A stretch of 59,951 nucleotides of DNA from Candidatus Lindowbacteria bacterium RIFCSPLOWO2_12_FULL_62_27 (GCA_001784175.1 MFPR01000017.1:155024-214974), one strand, 5' to 3'; positions 18,187 to 28,248 are shown, numbered from the stretch's first letter. Made by a program: numbers and translations. The notes: generated by a model from the letters alone, not told the origin.

Positions 18187-18236
18187 ACTTACGGTCTGGC
18201 CCCAACATTCGACTTACGGTCTGGCCCCAACATTCG
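18187..18236 (+). repeat. perfect 25-bp tandem duplication
   Basis: ACTTACGGTCTGGCCCCAACATTCG occurs twice (18187-18211 and 18212-18236). Confidence 0.9.
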
Positions 18237-18316
18237 GTTTGACTCCTGAGCTTGACCGGTGTTATTCTCATCCCAATACGCGAACAACAAACTTTGAACT
18301 CATGGGGGCGCTTGAC

Positions 18317-18682
18317 GTGACGGAACAATACGCCATTGTGGCGGTGTTTATCCTGATAGGGACGCTGATGGTCCTTGTGCCGCTGGTTCTCGGCCGGCTG
18401 GTGCGGCCGCACCATCCGTACGCGCAGAAGAATATGCCGTACGAGTGCGGGAAGGACCCGATGGGGGAGGCGCACAGCATGTTTGACATCCGGCTGTACG
18501 TGCTGATGCTGGCGTTTCTGATTTTCGACGTGGAGTTTGTGACGATCGTCCCGCCGATGCTGGTGCTGGGCAAGCTGGGACTGGTGGCGCTCTTGGAGGT
18601 GTTCGCCTTTGTCGGCGTTCTCCTTCTCGGTCTTGTATATCTGTGGCGGCACGGGCATCTGGAGTGGGTCAAAAACATATGA
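18317..18682 (+). CDS. nuoA: NADH-quinone oxidoreductase subunit A
   Basis: PYECG...FDIRLY...FLIFDVE...HLEW. The start could instead be ATG 18302. Confidence 0.93.
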   Translation: MTEQYAIVAVFILIGTLMVLVPLVLGRLVRPHHPYAQKNMPYECGKDPMGEAHSMFDIRLYVLMLAFLIFDVEFVTIVPPMLVLGKLGLVALLEVFAFVGVLLLGLVYLWRHGHLEWVKNI

Positions 18683-18714
18683 GATTTTGGATTTTAGATT
18701 TTGGATTTTGGATT
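18683..18714 (+). repeat. heptamer tandem repeat (GATTTTR)x4.5 between nuoA and nuoB
   Basis: GATTTTG GATTTTA GATTTTG GATTTTG GATT. Confidence 0.85.
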
Positions 18715-18727
18715 GGAGAAAACATAT

Positions 18728-19384
18728 ATGGGGGTCCTTGAGTATAAATTCGAAGAGAACATCATACTGACCAAGGTTGACTGGTTGCTCAACTGGGCGC
18801 GCAAGTCGAGTCTCTGGCCGATGACGTTTGGCCTCGCGTGTTGCGCCATCGAGATGATGGCCACCGGCGCGAGCCGCTTTGACCTCGACCGGTTCGGCGC
18901 CGGCGCGTTTCGCGCGACGCCCCGCCAGTCCGACCTCATGATCGTCGCCGGCACCGTCACGCTCAAGATGGCGCCTTGCGTGCGGCGGCTCTACGACCAG
19001 ATGCCGGAACCGCGCTACGTCATCGCGATGGGCGCCTGCACCATCGGCGGCGGGCCTTATGCGCTGCACGGGTACCACGTGCTGAAAGGCGTGGACCTCA
19101 TCGTGCCCGTGGACGTCTACGTTCCAGGCTGCCCGCCCCGGCCCGAGGCGCTGATCGACGGCCTGCGAAAGCTTCAGGAGAAAGTCCAGAAGCAGGGCCT
19201 CCTGGCGCGGCCCGCGAAACCCGCCGCAAATGCCGGAGACCATGTCCTCGAGTACAGCCGGATGGACGGCGTGCGCCGGAAATGGGAGGAGACACAGAAG
19301 CACGGGGGTCTCACCCCGCAGGACGAGGAGGCGGCGGTCGAGGAACAGAAGAAGAAGGATAAAGAGGCCGTCGCCAAAGTTTAA
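18728..19384 (+). CDS. nuoB: NADH-quinone oxidoreductase subunit B
   Basis: [37 protein letters not shown]. Confidence 0.97.
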   Translation: MGVLEYKFEENIILTKVDWLLNWARKSSLWPMTFGLACCAIEMMATGASRFDLDRFGAGAFRATPRQSDLMIVAGTVTLKMAPCVRRLYDQMPEPRYVIAMGACTIGGGPYALHGYHVLKGVDLIVPVDVYVPGCPPRPEALIDGLRKLQEKVQKQGLLARPAKPAANAGDHVLEYSRMDGVRRKWEETQKHGGLTPQDEEAAVEEQKKKDKEAVAKV

Positions 19385-19388
19385 CGAT

Positions 19389-19922
19389 ATGCCTTCCGTA
19401 CTCTCCGCCTCCGGCCAGACGGCCGCCGATCAGACGAAAGCCAGGTATGGAGACGCGGTCCTGGAAATCCAGAAGTGCGCGACCGACGTAATTCTGAAAG
19501 TCGCGCCGGGCGCATGGGCGGAAGTCCATGCGTTCCTGAAAGGCCAGGGCTTTGACCTCCTGGTTTCGATTTGCGCGGTGGACTGGCCGAAGGAAAACAA
19601 GATGTGGGTCGTTTCGCATCTCTACGACCCGGAGGGCAGGCGGCGGATTTCGGTGAAGACGGAGTCGCCCCGGGACGCGGCCCGCGTGGACAGCCTGACG
19701 CCACTTTGGGCGGCGGCCAACTGGCATGAGCGCGAATGTTTTGATCTTTCGGGTGTCGTCTTCACGGGACACCCGGACCTCCGGCGGATTCTCTGCCCGG
19801 AGGATTGGGAGGGACACGCGCTCAGGAAGGATTACAAGGCCCCGGATTTTTATCACGGCATCGCGAACAACGTGAACCTGATCGATCTCGACCACCGCCC
19901 GCCCATTCCGGAGATCGTGTGA
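19389..19922 (+). CDS. nuoC: NADH-quinone oxidoreductase subunit C
   Basis: AANWHERECFDLSGVVFTGHPDLRRIL...GHALRKDY. Confidence 0.95.
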   Translation: MPSVLSASGQTAADQTKARYGDAVLEIQKCATDVILKVAPGAWAEVHAFLKGQGFDLLVSICAVDWPKENKMWVVSHLYDPEGRRRISVKTESPRDAARVDSLTPLWAAANWHERECFDLSGVVFTGHPDLRRILCPEDWEGHALRKDYKAPDFYHGIANNVNLIDLDHRPPIPEIV

Positions 19923-21055
19923 TGGTTGCTGTTGAGAAGGACGTCCGCACCGACGAGCTGGTCATCAACATGGGCCCGCAGCATCCGTCGACCCATGGCG
20001 TTCTCAGGGTCGTGCTCAAGACCGACGGCGAGATGTGTCTGGACGCGCAGCCCGACATCGGGTATCTGCACCGGTGCGCTGAAAAAATCGCCGAAAATCT
20101 TCCCTACGGCCAGTTCGTTCCCTACACCGACCGGATGGACTACGTGTCCGGCATGGGCTGCAACATGGGCTACTGCATGGCGGTGGAGCAGGTGGCGGGC
20201 ATCCAGGTCCCGGAGCGGGGCGAGTGGCTGCGGGTCATCGTCACCGAACTCAACCGGATCGCGTCGCATCTTCTGGCGTTCGGCACCTACGGCCTGGACA
20301 CAGGCGCGATCACGCCGTTTCTGTACGGATTCCGCGAGCGCGAGCTGGTGCTGGACCTGCTCGAGATGCTGTGCGGCGCGCGGTTGACGTACAGTTACAT
20401 CCGGATCGGCGGCGTGGACGGGGACGTGCCGCCGGAGTTCATGGACAAATTGAAGGAGTTTCTGGATATCTTTCCGAAAAAAATCAGGGAATATAATAAA
20501 TTGTTGACGTATAACCATATTTTCATGAAACGCACCGTTGGTGTCGGCGTGTTGCCGGCCGACGTCGCCATCGCCTACGGCGTGACCGGCCCGTGCCTTC
20601 GCGGGTCAGGCGTGCGGCAGGACGTGCGGCGGGACGAGCCGTATTCGGTTTATCCGAAGCTCGAGTTCGACGTCCCGGTCGGCACCGACGAGCACGGGCC
20701 GATCGGCGACGCGTGGAACCGGTATTACATCCGGATCCGGGAGCTGGAGGAGAGCGCGAAGATTCTGAGGCAATGTGTGAAGATGATCTCGCCCGGGCCT
20801 GTCCTCGCGGAGAAGGTCGGCCGGGTGAAACCGCCGGCCGGGGCCGAGGCCTACACGCGGTCGGAAAACGCGCGCGGGGAACTCGGCTTTTACATCGTGA
20901 GCGACGGCACGATGACGCCGGCGCGGGTGAAGGTCCGCGCGCCGAGTTTTTCGAACATCAGCGTCTTGCCGGCGATCGTGCGGGGCCAGATGTTGGCGGA
21001 CGTGGTGGCGATCATCGGAAGCTTGGACATCGTGCTTGGGGAGATTGATCGATGA
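19922..21055 (+). CDS. nuoD: NADH-quinone oxidoreductase subunit D
   Basis: NMGPQHPSTHGVLR, GYLHR, ELNRIASHL, C-terminal SLDIVLGEIDR; no NiFe CxxC pairs. Confidence 0.97.
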   Translation: MVAVEKDVRTDELVINMGPQHPSTHGVLRVVLKTDGEMCLDAQPDIGYLHRCAEKIAENLPYGQFVPYTDRMDYVSGMGCNMGYCMAVEQVAGIQVPERGEWLRVIVTELNRIASHLLAFGTYGLDTGAITPFLYGFRERELVLDLLEMLCGARLTYSYIRIGGVDGDVPPEFMDKLKEFLDIFPKKIREYNKLLTYNHIFMKRTVGVGVLPADVAIAYGVTGPCLRGSGVRQDVRRDEPYSVYPKLEFDVPVGTDEHGPIGDAWNRYYIRIRELEESAKILRQCVKMISPGPVLAEKVGRVKPPAGAEAYTRSENARGELGFYIVSDGTMTPARVKVRAPSFSNISVLPAIVRGQMLADVVAIIGSLDIVLGEIDR

Positions 21056-22095
21056 GCGAGCTGGCCGCGGTTCTGCCGGGTGTGTTGGAGAAGGCCGGCT
21101 GGTCCGTGCCCGGCGGGCTGGTGCCGGTCCTGGCCATGTTCATCTGCGCGTCCATCGTGGCCGCCGCGATGGGCCTTTCGGCGGCGGTCCTCGTGTGGGC
21201 GGAACGCAAGCTGGCCGGGCATTTCCAGTGCCGGCTGGGTCCGGTGTACGTGGGCGGGAAATTCGGCTGGCTGCAGTCGATCGCCGACGGGATCAAGCTC
21301 TTGCTCAAGGAGGACATCATCCCGGCCGACGCGGACCGGCCGCTCTTTCGGCTGGCGCCGTACTTGGTGGTGCTGGGCGTGTTTCTGGCGTTCATCGCGT
21401 TCCCGGTCTCGGAGAAGTTGATGGTGGCGGACCTGAACATCGGAATATTTTTCATCCTGGCGGTGTTGACGCTCGAAGTCTTCGGCGTGATCCTGGCGGG
21501 CTGGGCGTCGAACAACAAGTGGGCGCTTTTGGGCGCGATGCGGGCCGCTGCGCAGATGGTCTCCTACGAAATCCCGATGGGACTGGCGATTTTGCCGGTG
21601 GTGGTCGAAGCGCAGAGCCTGTCGCTGAAATCGATCGTGGCGGCGCAGTCGGGCGGGATGTTGCGCTGGTACGTGTTTCAGCCGCCGTTTTTCATGGGCG
21701 TGAGTTTCCTGATTTTTTTCCTTGCAGGGTTGGCGAGCCTGAAGCGCGCGCCGTTTGATCTGCCGGAGGCCGAGTCGGAGTTGACGGCGGGGTTTCACAC
21801 CGAATATTCAGGCATGCGATTTTCGTTCTTTTTCATGGCCGAGTACGCCGGGATGATTCTGGTGTCGGGCCTGGCGGCGGCGCTGTATCTGGGCGGCTGG
21901 CACGGAATTTTGCCGGGCCAGTCGGGTGCGATGTGGTTCCTCCTGAAAACGGCCTTTCTCGTGTTCGTCATGATCTGGCTGCGCTGGACGCTGCCGCGCC
22001 TGCGGATCGACCAGGTCGTCTACGTGGGCTGGAAGGTTCTCACGCCGTTTGTTCTCGCGTGCGTCCTCGGCCAGGCGCTGATGGCGTACAAATAA
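21052..22095 (+). CDS. nuoH: NADH-quinone oxidoreductase subunit H
   Basis: ERK...RLGP, ADGIKLLLKEDIIP, RAAAQMVSYE, RAPFDLPEAESEL. Confidence 0.97.
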   Translation: MSELAAVLPGVLEKAGWSVPGGLVPVLAMFICASIVAAAMGLSAAVLVWAERKLAGHFQCRLGPVYVGGKFGWLQSIADGIKLLLKEDIIPADADRPLFRLAPYLVVLGVFLAFIAFPVSEKLMVADLNIGIFFILAVLTLEVFGVILAGWASNNKWALLGAMRAAAQMVSYEIPMGLAILPVVVEAQSLSLKSIVAAQSGGMLRWYVFQPPFFMGVSFLIFFLAGLASLKRAPFDLPEAESELTAGFHTEYSGMRFSFFFMAEYAGMILVSGLAAALYLGGWHGILPGQSGAMWFLLKTAFLVFVMIWLRWTLPRLRIDQVVYVGWKVLTPFVLACVLGQALMAYK

Positions 22096-22111
22096 ATATG
22101 GAGAAGCGGCG

Positions 22112-22570
22112 ATGACGGCGGTCAGGACATATTTTTCCGACGTGTTCATGGGTCTGTGGACGGCGCTGGTCGGGATGTCGATCACGCTGAGGTATCTTTT
22201 TTCCAAGCCGGTGACGGAGATGTATCCGGACGTGAAGCCCCGGACGCCGACGCGGTACCGCGGGATACACGTGTTCGAGGAGGAGAAGTGCATCGGCTGT
22301 TACGTCTGCGCGAAGGCCTGTCCGGTCGACTGCATCGAGATCGGGGTGGTGCGGAAGGGCAAGGAGATCAAGATCACGAAATTCGACATCGATTATCAGA
22401 AATGCATGTTCTGCGATCTCTGCTGTGAACCCTGCCCGGCCCACTGCATTCACATGGGTCCCGAATTCGAAAAGGCGTCGTTCACGCGCAAGGGCACGAT
22501 CCTCCAGTTCGCGACCCCGAAGACATTGACGGAGGAAGAGAAGAAGGTCGAGAAGGTGGCCCGGAAATAG
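22112..22570 (+). CDS. nuoI: NADH-quinone oxidoreductase subunit I
   Basis: Two CxxCxxCxxxCP motifs. Confidence 0.95.
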   Translation: MTAVRTYFSDVFMGLWTALVGMSITLRYLFSKPVTEMYPDVKPRTPTRYRGIHVFEEEKCIGCYVCAKACPVDCIEIGVVRKGKEIKITKFDIDYQKCMFCDLCCEPCPAHCIHMGPEFEKASFTRKGTILQFATPKTLTEEEKKVEKVARK

Positions 22571-22571
22571 A

Positions 22572-23081
22572 ATGAGCGCTGAGAAGGTTGCGTTTTTCAT
22601 ATTGTCCGGCCTGACGCTCGGCGGCGGGCTGGCGATCCTGTTTTCCGTGCGGCTCATGCGCGCGGTCGTGTATCTGCTCGTGTCGCTCTTCGGCGTGGCC
22701 GGCTTGTACATCCTGCTGAACGCGGAGTTTCTGGCGGCGCTGCAGGTGTTGATCTACATCGGCGGAATCACCATCCTCATGGTGTTCGGCCTGATGCTCA
22801 CCGGGCCGGGCCAGTTCGTGAACCCGGCCGAGAGCCGTTTGAAGGCCGTCGCCGCGGGCGTGTCGAGCCTGACGACCGCGATCGTGCTGCTCTTGATCGT
22901 CAAGAAGACGAAGTGGCCTGCGGGGACGCAGGCGCTTGCCGGTGACACCACGGCCGAGATCGGCCGGCTTCTTCTGACCGACCACGTCTTCGCCTTCGAG
23001 ATCGCCTCCGTGCTGCTTTTGGTGGTCCTGGTCGGCGTCGCGCTCTTTGTGCGTCTGGCCAGGGACGGCGGCAAACCATGA
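22572..23081 (+). CDS. nuoJ: NADH-quinone oxidoreductase subunit J
   Basis: AEFLAALQVLIYIGGI; FEIASVLLL. Confidence 0.95.
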   Translation: MSAEKVAFFILSGLTLGGGLAILFSVRLMRAVVYLLVSLFGVAGLYILLNAEFLAALQVLIYIGGITILMVFGLMLTGPGQFVNPAESRLKAVAAGVSSLTTAIVLLLIVKKTKWPAGTQALAGDTTAEIGRLLLTDHVFAFEIASVLLLVVLVGVALFVRLARDGGKP

Positions 23082-23380
23082 TCACGCTTCAGGAGTATCT
23101 CTCGGTGGGCGCGCTGCTCTTTACGGTGGGGCTTCTGATTGTCCTGTTCCGGCAGAACGCGATTTCGATTCTGATGGGGATTGAACTCATGCTGAACGCG
23201 GCCAACATCAACTTCGTCGCGTTCTCAAACGCGCTCGGCGGGTTGACCGGCCAGGTGCTTGCGATTTTCGTGGTCGTGGCGGCGGCGGCGGAAGCGGCGG
23301 TGGCGATCGCGATCATCGTGCTTCTGTATCAAAACCTGGGCACCGTCGACGTCGAAAAGGCGAGGAACCTGAATGGCTGA
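23078..23380 (+). CDS. nuoK: NADH-quinone oxidoreductase subunit K
   Basis: LMGIELMLNAANINFVAFS; AAAEAAVAIA. Confidence 0.95.
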   Translation: MITLQEYLSVGALLFTVGLLIVLFRQNAISILMGIELMLNAANINFVAFSNALGGLTGQVLAIFVVVAAAAEAAVAIAIIVLLYQNLGTVDVEKARNLNG

Positions 23381-25250
23381 GCTGTACGGGCCGTTGGGCC
23401 TGTCGTGCCTTTTGCACGGGATATTCTTTCCATATTTTATCGCCTTCGGCGTCATCATCCTGTTTTTGCGCCGCTGGGAGAAGGCGGCGATGGCCGTGTC
23501 GATCCTGGCGTCGTCGACGGTTCTCGCGTCCACCCTGATGCTTTTTGCGCGCCACCAGGGTCTGGCCGCCGGCCATGAGGGGGTTCTGCCGGCGGCGACC
23601 TACACACTGAGCTGGCTGTCCACGGACTCGGCGGCGTTTCAGTTCGGGTACATTCTGGATCCGCTGTCGGTGTTGATGCTGATCGTCGTCGAAGTGGTGA
23701 GTTTTCTGGTGCAGGTTTATTCGATCGGCTACATGCACGGCGACCCGGGCCGCGCGCGGTTTTACGCGTATCTGTCGCTGTTCTCCGGCTCGATGACGGG
23801 CCTGGTCGTGTCGCCGAATCTTCTGCAGACCTACATTTTCTGGGAGCTGGTGGGGCTGTGTTCGTACTTGTTGATCGGTTTCTGGTGGCACAAGCCGGAG
23901 GCGGCGGCCGCCGCGAAGAAGGCCTTCGTGATGACGCGGTTCGGGGATTTGGGGCTGTTCATCGGGCTGCTCATGCTGCTCCACGCGAAGGGCAACGCGG
24001 CGTTCACCGATTTCGGAACGCTGGGACTGCCGGCCGGTCTCGCCACGTGCATTTCGCTCCTGATTTTTTGCGGCGTGATCGGCAAAAGTTCGCAGTTCCC
24101 CCTGCACGTGTGGCTGCCGGACGCGATGGAGGGGCCGACGCCGGTGTCGGCCCTGATCCACGCGGCGACGATGGTGGTCGCCGGCGTGTATCTTCTGTCG
24201 CGCTCGGCGCCGCTGTTTCTGGCGTCCGAAACGGCGATGCTCGTGGTGCTCTCCTTCGGCGTCGTCACCGCCTTTGTGGCCGCGACCATGGCGTGCGTCC
24301 AGCGGGACATCAAGAAAGTGTGGGCCTACTCGACCGTGTCGCAGCTCGGATACATGGTGCTGGCCTTCGGCGCAGGCAGTTCGCAGGCGAGCATGTTTCA
24401 TCTGTTCACGCACGCTTTTTACAAGGCGCTGCTTTTTCTGGGCGCCGGCAGTTTCATCCATCACGCCGGCTCCAACGATCTCTTCGAGATCGCGCGCAAG
24501 GGCGGGCGCGGCATGCGGATCACGTTCTGGACGACGGTGATCGGCGCGCTGGCGCTGGCGGGCCTGCCGCCGTTTTCTGGATTTTTCAGCAAGGACGCGA
24601 TCCTGGTGGCGGTGAAGGAGAATTGCCATCCGCTGTGGTACATCAGCGTGATGTTTGTCGGGTTTCTGACCGCGTATTATTCGTTCCGGGTCGTGTTCAT
24701 CCTTTTTCGAAAACAGGAGGCTGGTCCCGGAGTCGCGCACGGGCACGGCGGCCACGACTCGCCGTTGGTCATGACCGGCCCCTTGATGGTGCTTGCGCTG
24801 GCGACGATCTGCGTGGGCGCCTGGGAGGGGGGCTTCGGCCATTATCTGTCAGGCGCGCCGCATGGCGCTCTGCATTGGGACGTCGCGATCCCGGCGACGT
24901 TTCTTGCGCTGCTTGGCATAGTTCTGGCCGGCGCGTCGTTCGGCTCAGGCGGGCGGGAGGAGGGCGTATTGGACCGGCTGCCGGTCATGGAGATACCGCG
25001 GCGGAAATACTATCTGGATGATTTCTATTACTGGGTCACGCAGAAAATCGTGCTCGGATTTTCCTTCCTCTGCGCCTACGTCGACCGGCACTTCGTGGAC
25101 GGCGCGGTGAACGGCGTGGCCGACACCGTGCGCTGGATGGGCAGCCAGTGGTCGAAGATGCAGACCGGTCAGGTGCAGCAGTACCTGAACGTGTTGATCC
25201 TGATTTTTTCCATATTGGGCTTCGGCGTGTATCTGACGGTGAAATTCTGA
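23373..25250 (+). CDS. nuoL: NADH-quinone oxidoreductase subunit L
   Basis: YSIGYM, FWELVGLCSYLLIGFW, GKSSQFPLHVWLPDAMEGPTPVSALIHAATMV, HAFYKALLFL. Confidence 0.96.
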   Translation: MAELYGPLGLSCLLHGIFFPYFIAFGVIILFLRRWEKAAMAVSILASSTVLASTLMLFARHQGLAAGHEGVLPAATYTLSWLSTDSAAFQFGYILDPLSVLMLIVVEVVSFLVQVYSIGYMHGDPGRARFYAYLSLFSGSMTGLVVSPNLLQTYIFWELVGLCSYLLIGFWWHKPEAAAAAKKAFVMTRFGDLGLFIGLLMLLHAKGNAAFTDFGTLGLPAGLATCISLLIFCGVIGKSSQFPLHVWLPDAMEGPTPVSALIHAATMVVAGVYLLSRSAPLFLASETAMLVVLSFGVVTAFVAATMACVQRDIKKVWAYSTVSQLGYMVLAFGAGSSQASMFHLFTHAFYKALLFLGAGSFIHHAGSNDLFEIARKGGRGMRITFWTTVIGALALAGLPPFSGFFSKDAILVAVKENCHPLWYISVMFVGFLTAYYSFRVVFILFRKQEAGPGVAHGHGGHDSPLVMTGPLMVLALATICVGAWEGGFGHYLSGAPHGALHWDVAIPATFLALLGIVLAGASFGSGGREEGVLDRLPVMEIPRRKYYLDDFYYWVTQKIVLGFSFLCAYVDRHFVDGAVNGVADTVRWMGSQWSKMQTGQVQQYLNVLILIFSILGFGVYLTVKF

Positions 25251-26731
25251 TGGAGCACGGATTCGGCATTCTGACGTCGATGTGGGTGACGCCGATGATC
25301 GGCGTCCTCATTTTGATTTTCCTGCCATCGCGGTACGAGACCGGCGTGCGCCTGGTGTCGCTGCTCGCGGCCGCGATCACGCTTGTGTCGTCGATTTACC
25401 TGTACATTCAATTTGACCCGCGCGGCGGATTTCAGTTCGAGGAGAACATGCTCTGGATCGACTATTTCGGCGTCCGCTATCACCACGGGGCCGATGGCCT
25501 GTCAGTGCCGTTGCTCCTCCTGACGTCGATCGTCATTTTCTGCGGGATTCTGTCATCGTGGGACGGGATCAAGCACCGGGTAAAGGAATTTCACATTCTC
25601 ATGCTGCTGCTCGTGTCCGGCGTGTTCGGCGTATTCATCTCTCTGGACGCCGTGTTCTTTTTCATTTTCTACGAGATCGCCGTTCTGCCGATGTATCTGC
25701 TGATCATTGTGTGGGGCTCCACGCGCAAGGAGTATTCCGGGATGAAACTGACGCTGTATCTTCTGTTCGGGTCGGTCTTCGTGCTCATCGGTCTGATCGC
25801 GGTCTACGTCCACACGGGCATGAAGACGACGGACCTGCTCGAGTTCAAGGCGCTTCTTGCGGCGAACCCGCCTTCGGACCTTTTTGTGCGCACGATTTTT
25901 CCTATGATGTTCCTGGGATTCGGGATGCTGGCCGCGATCTGGCCCTTCCACACGTGGTCCCCGGACGGCCACGTCGCCGCGCCGACGGCGGCGTCGATGC
26001 TGCATGCCGGGGTCCTCATGAAACTCGGCGCGTTCGGCATCCTGCGTGTCGCCGTGTATCTTTTGCCGGAGGGTCTTCGATACTGGGCCGACATGATCGT
26101 GGCGCTGTCGCTGGTGAACATCATCTACGGCGCGTTCGTGGCGATGCACCAGACGGACCTCAAGTTCGTGATCGGATACTCGTCGGTGTCCCACATGGGG
26201 ATCGTGATGTTCGGGATCGGGATGCTGAACTACGAAGGATTCGCCGGCGCGGCCTTCCAGATGTTCGCGCACGGCGTGATGACCGCGCTCTTTTTTGCCT
26301 GCGTCGGCGCGATCTACGACCGCGCGCACACGCGGCAGATTCACGCTTTCGGCGGGATCTACCGGCGGATGCCGATCGTCTGCGGCGCCTTTCTGTGCGG
26401 GGGCCTGGCGGGTCTGGGCCTGCCGGGCTTTGCGGGATTCGTCGCGGAGTTTCTGGTGTTCTGGGGCGCGTTCAAGGCGCATCCGGTGATCGCGTCGATC
26501 GCGGTGGTGGGCTTGGTGTTGACGGCGTTTTACGTGTTGCGCGTATTTCAGCGCGCGTTTTTCGGCGAGCCGAATCCGAAATGGGATGGTCTGACGGACT
26601 CGTCGGCGATTCAAAACACCGCCTACGCGATCCTGATCGGCACGATGCTGGTCTTCGGAATCTGGCCGCGCCTGTTTTTGGACATCGCGCAGGCTGACCT
26701 GAACCTGCTTCTTTCCGAGGTGCTCCGCTGA
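25250..26731 (+). CDS. nuoM: NADH-quinone oxidoreductase subunit M
   Basis: PFHTWSPDGHVAAPTAAS, LMKLG, YSSVSHMG, LPGFAGFVAEF. Confidence 0.95.
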   Translation: MEHGFGILTSMWVTPMIGVLILIFLPSRYETGVRLVSLLAAAITLVSSIYLYIQFDPRGGFQFEENMLWIDYFGVRYHHGADGLSVPLLLLTSIVIFCGILSSWDGIKHRVKEFHILMLLLVSGVFGVFISLDAVFFFIFYEIAVLPMYLLIIVWGSTRKEYSGMKLTLYLLFGSVFVLIGLIAVYVHTGMKTTDLLEFKALLAANPPSDLFVRTIFPMMFLGFGMLAAIWPFHTWSPDGHVAAPTAASMLHAGVLMKLGAFGILRVAVYLLPEGLRYWADMIVALSLVNIIYGAFVAMHQTDLKFVIGYSSVSHMGIVMFGIGMLNYEGFAGAAFQMFAHGVMTALFFACVGAIYDRAHTRQIHAFGGIYRRMPIVCGAFLCGGLAGLGLPGFAGFVAEFLVFWGAFKAHPVIASIAVVGLVLTAFYVLRVFQRAFFGEPNPKWDGLTDSSAIQNTAYAILIGTMLVFGIWPRLFLDIAQADLNLLLSEVLR

Positions 26732-26745
26732 TCTCGTGGTCGCGC

Positions 26746-28188
26746 GTGATCGACGTCGCGCCGGAGGCGTACGTTCTGGGCCTGGCGGTCTTCTGGCTGA
26801 TCGTGTCGGTGGTGCGGCCCGGCCGGGATTGCACGTGGCTGGCGATCGTTCTGGGTCTGGTCGGGATCTGGATCACGTGGGAGTCGTCGTTTCGATTCGG
26901 CGTCATGTCGCCGCAGATCCGTTTCTATCAGGCGTATCGCGTGGACCTCTTCTCGCAGGGATTCAAGCTGCTTCTCATGATCGGCTACGTCCTCATTCTG
27001 AACCTCCACAAGAGCGACCGGTCGCTCGTGAAGCGCTCGCAGGCCGAGTATCAGTTTCTGCTGGCGGCCGCGCTTTTCGGGATGATGATGCTGACGAGCG
27101 TCTACGACCTGTTGGTGTTGTATCTGGCGATGGAGACGACGTCGTACAGTTTGTACGTGCTGTGCGTTCTGCGGCGGCGGGTGACTGAATCGACGGAGGC
27201 GGGCCTGAAATATGTGCTGATCGGCGCGGTGTCCTCGGCCGTCATGCTGTTCGGCATCAGTTATCTCTACGGCCTGACCGGCACGACCTCCATCCCCGGC
27301 GTCATGTCGAGGTCGGCGGACCTGGTGAACACGCCGGGCTTTGTCCTCGGGATGTTTCTTCTGTTCTCCGGTCTCTTTTTCAAACTCGCGGCCTTTCCGT
27401 TCCATTTCTGGGCCCCGGACGTGTACGAAGGGACCAGCAACCAGGTGGCGGCGTACTTGGGGACGGTGTCGAAAGTCGCCGCGACCGCGTTCATTTTGCG
27501 CGTGGTGTCGATGATGCCGAAGGCCGCCGAGGTGATGAACGTCGCGCTGTACGTGGTGGCGATTGCGTCGATGACCTACGGCAATTTCGTCGCGATCCGT
27601 CAGACGGACATGAAGCGGATGCTGGCCTATTCGGGCATCGGCCACATCGGCTACCTCATGGTCGGGGTCCTGGCGGCGATCAACATGGGCGAGTCCGGCT
27701 ACACCGCGACGATCTACTACACGGGCATGTACATGATCATGAACTTCGCCGCGTTCATGGTGGTCCACGCCTGCGTCGACGAGTCGGGCCGCGCCCTCAT
27801 CCGGAACTTCAACGACCTGTACCGCCGCTCGCCGCTTCTGTGCGCGACGCTGGTGGTCTCGATGTTCACGCTGGGCGGCATTCCGCCGATGGCGGGATTT
27901 TTCGGCAAGCTCTATCTCTTCATGACCGCTTTTAAGGGCGGATTCGTGTGGCTGGTGGTGGTGGGGCTCTTGAACAGTTTCGTTTCCCTTTATTATTATC
28001 TGCGCGTCTGCAAGGCCGCGTTCATGGATCCGCCGGCGGCGCCGATGCCGGAGATCCGGCTGGAGCCGCGCCGGGCGGCGCTGTGCATCATTCTGATCGC
28101 CTACATGGTCCTGTTCGGTTTCTTCTCCAACGCGGTCGACAACTACGCCGCGCTGGCCCGCTCTCTCTTGGGACCCATCGGCGTTTAA
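26746..28188 (+). CDS. nuoN: NADH-quinone oxidoreductase subunit N
   Basis: EAGLKY, FKLAAFPFHFWAPDVYEG, KRMLAYSGIGHIGY, GIPPMAGFFGK. Confidence 0.96.
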   Translation: MIDVAPEAYVLGLAVFWLIVSVVRPGRDCTWLAIVLGLVGIWITWESSFRFGVMSPQIRFYQAYRVDLFSQGFKLLLMIGYVLILNLHKSDRSLVKRSQAEYQFLLAAALFGMMMLTSVYDLLVLYLAMETTSYSLYVLCVLRRRVTESTEAGLKYVLIGAVSSAVMLFGISYLYGLTGTTSIPGVMSRSADLVNTPGFVLGMFLLFSGLFFKLAAFPFHFWAPDVYEGTSNQVAAYLGTVSKVAATAFILRVVSMMPKAAEVMNVALYVVAIASMTYGNFVAIRQTDMKRMLAYSGIGHIGYLMVGVLAAINMGESGYTATIYYTGMYMIMNFAAFMVVHACVDESGRALIRNFNDLYRRSPLLCATLVVSMFTLGGIPPMAGFFGKLYLFMTAFKGGFVWLVVVGLLNSFVSLYYYLRVCKAAFMDPPAAPMPEIRLEPRRAALCIILIAYMVLFGFFSNAVDNYAALARSLLGPIGV

Positions 28189-28248
28189 TTTTCCTTTGTG
28201 GCGCCCGCCGCTCGGCGGGCGATCAAGTGCGATTCGGGGGGACGTCGC

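Noticed and set aside
18187-18236. Possible mini-CRISPR
   Set aside because: The repeats are directly adjacent with no spacer, and no cas genes are present.
19922-21055. Group 4 NiFe hydrogenase large subunit
   Set aside because: Lacks both CxxC Ni-binding motifs and has canonical NuoD termini.
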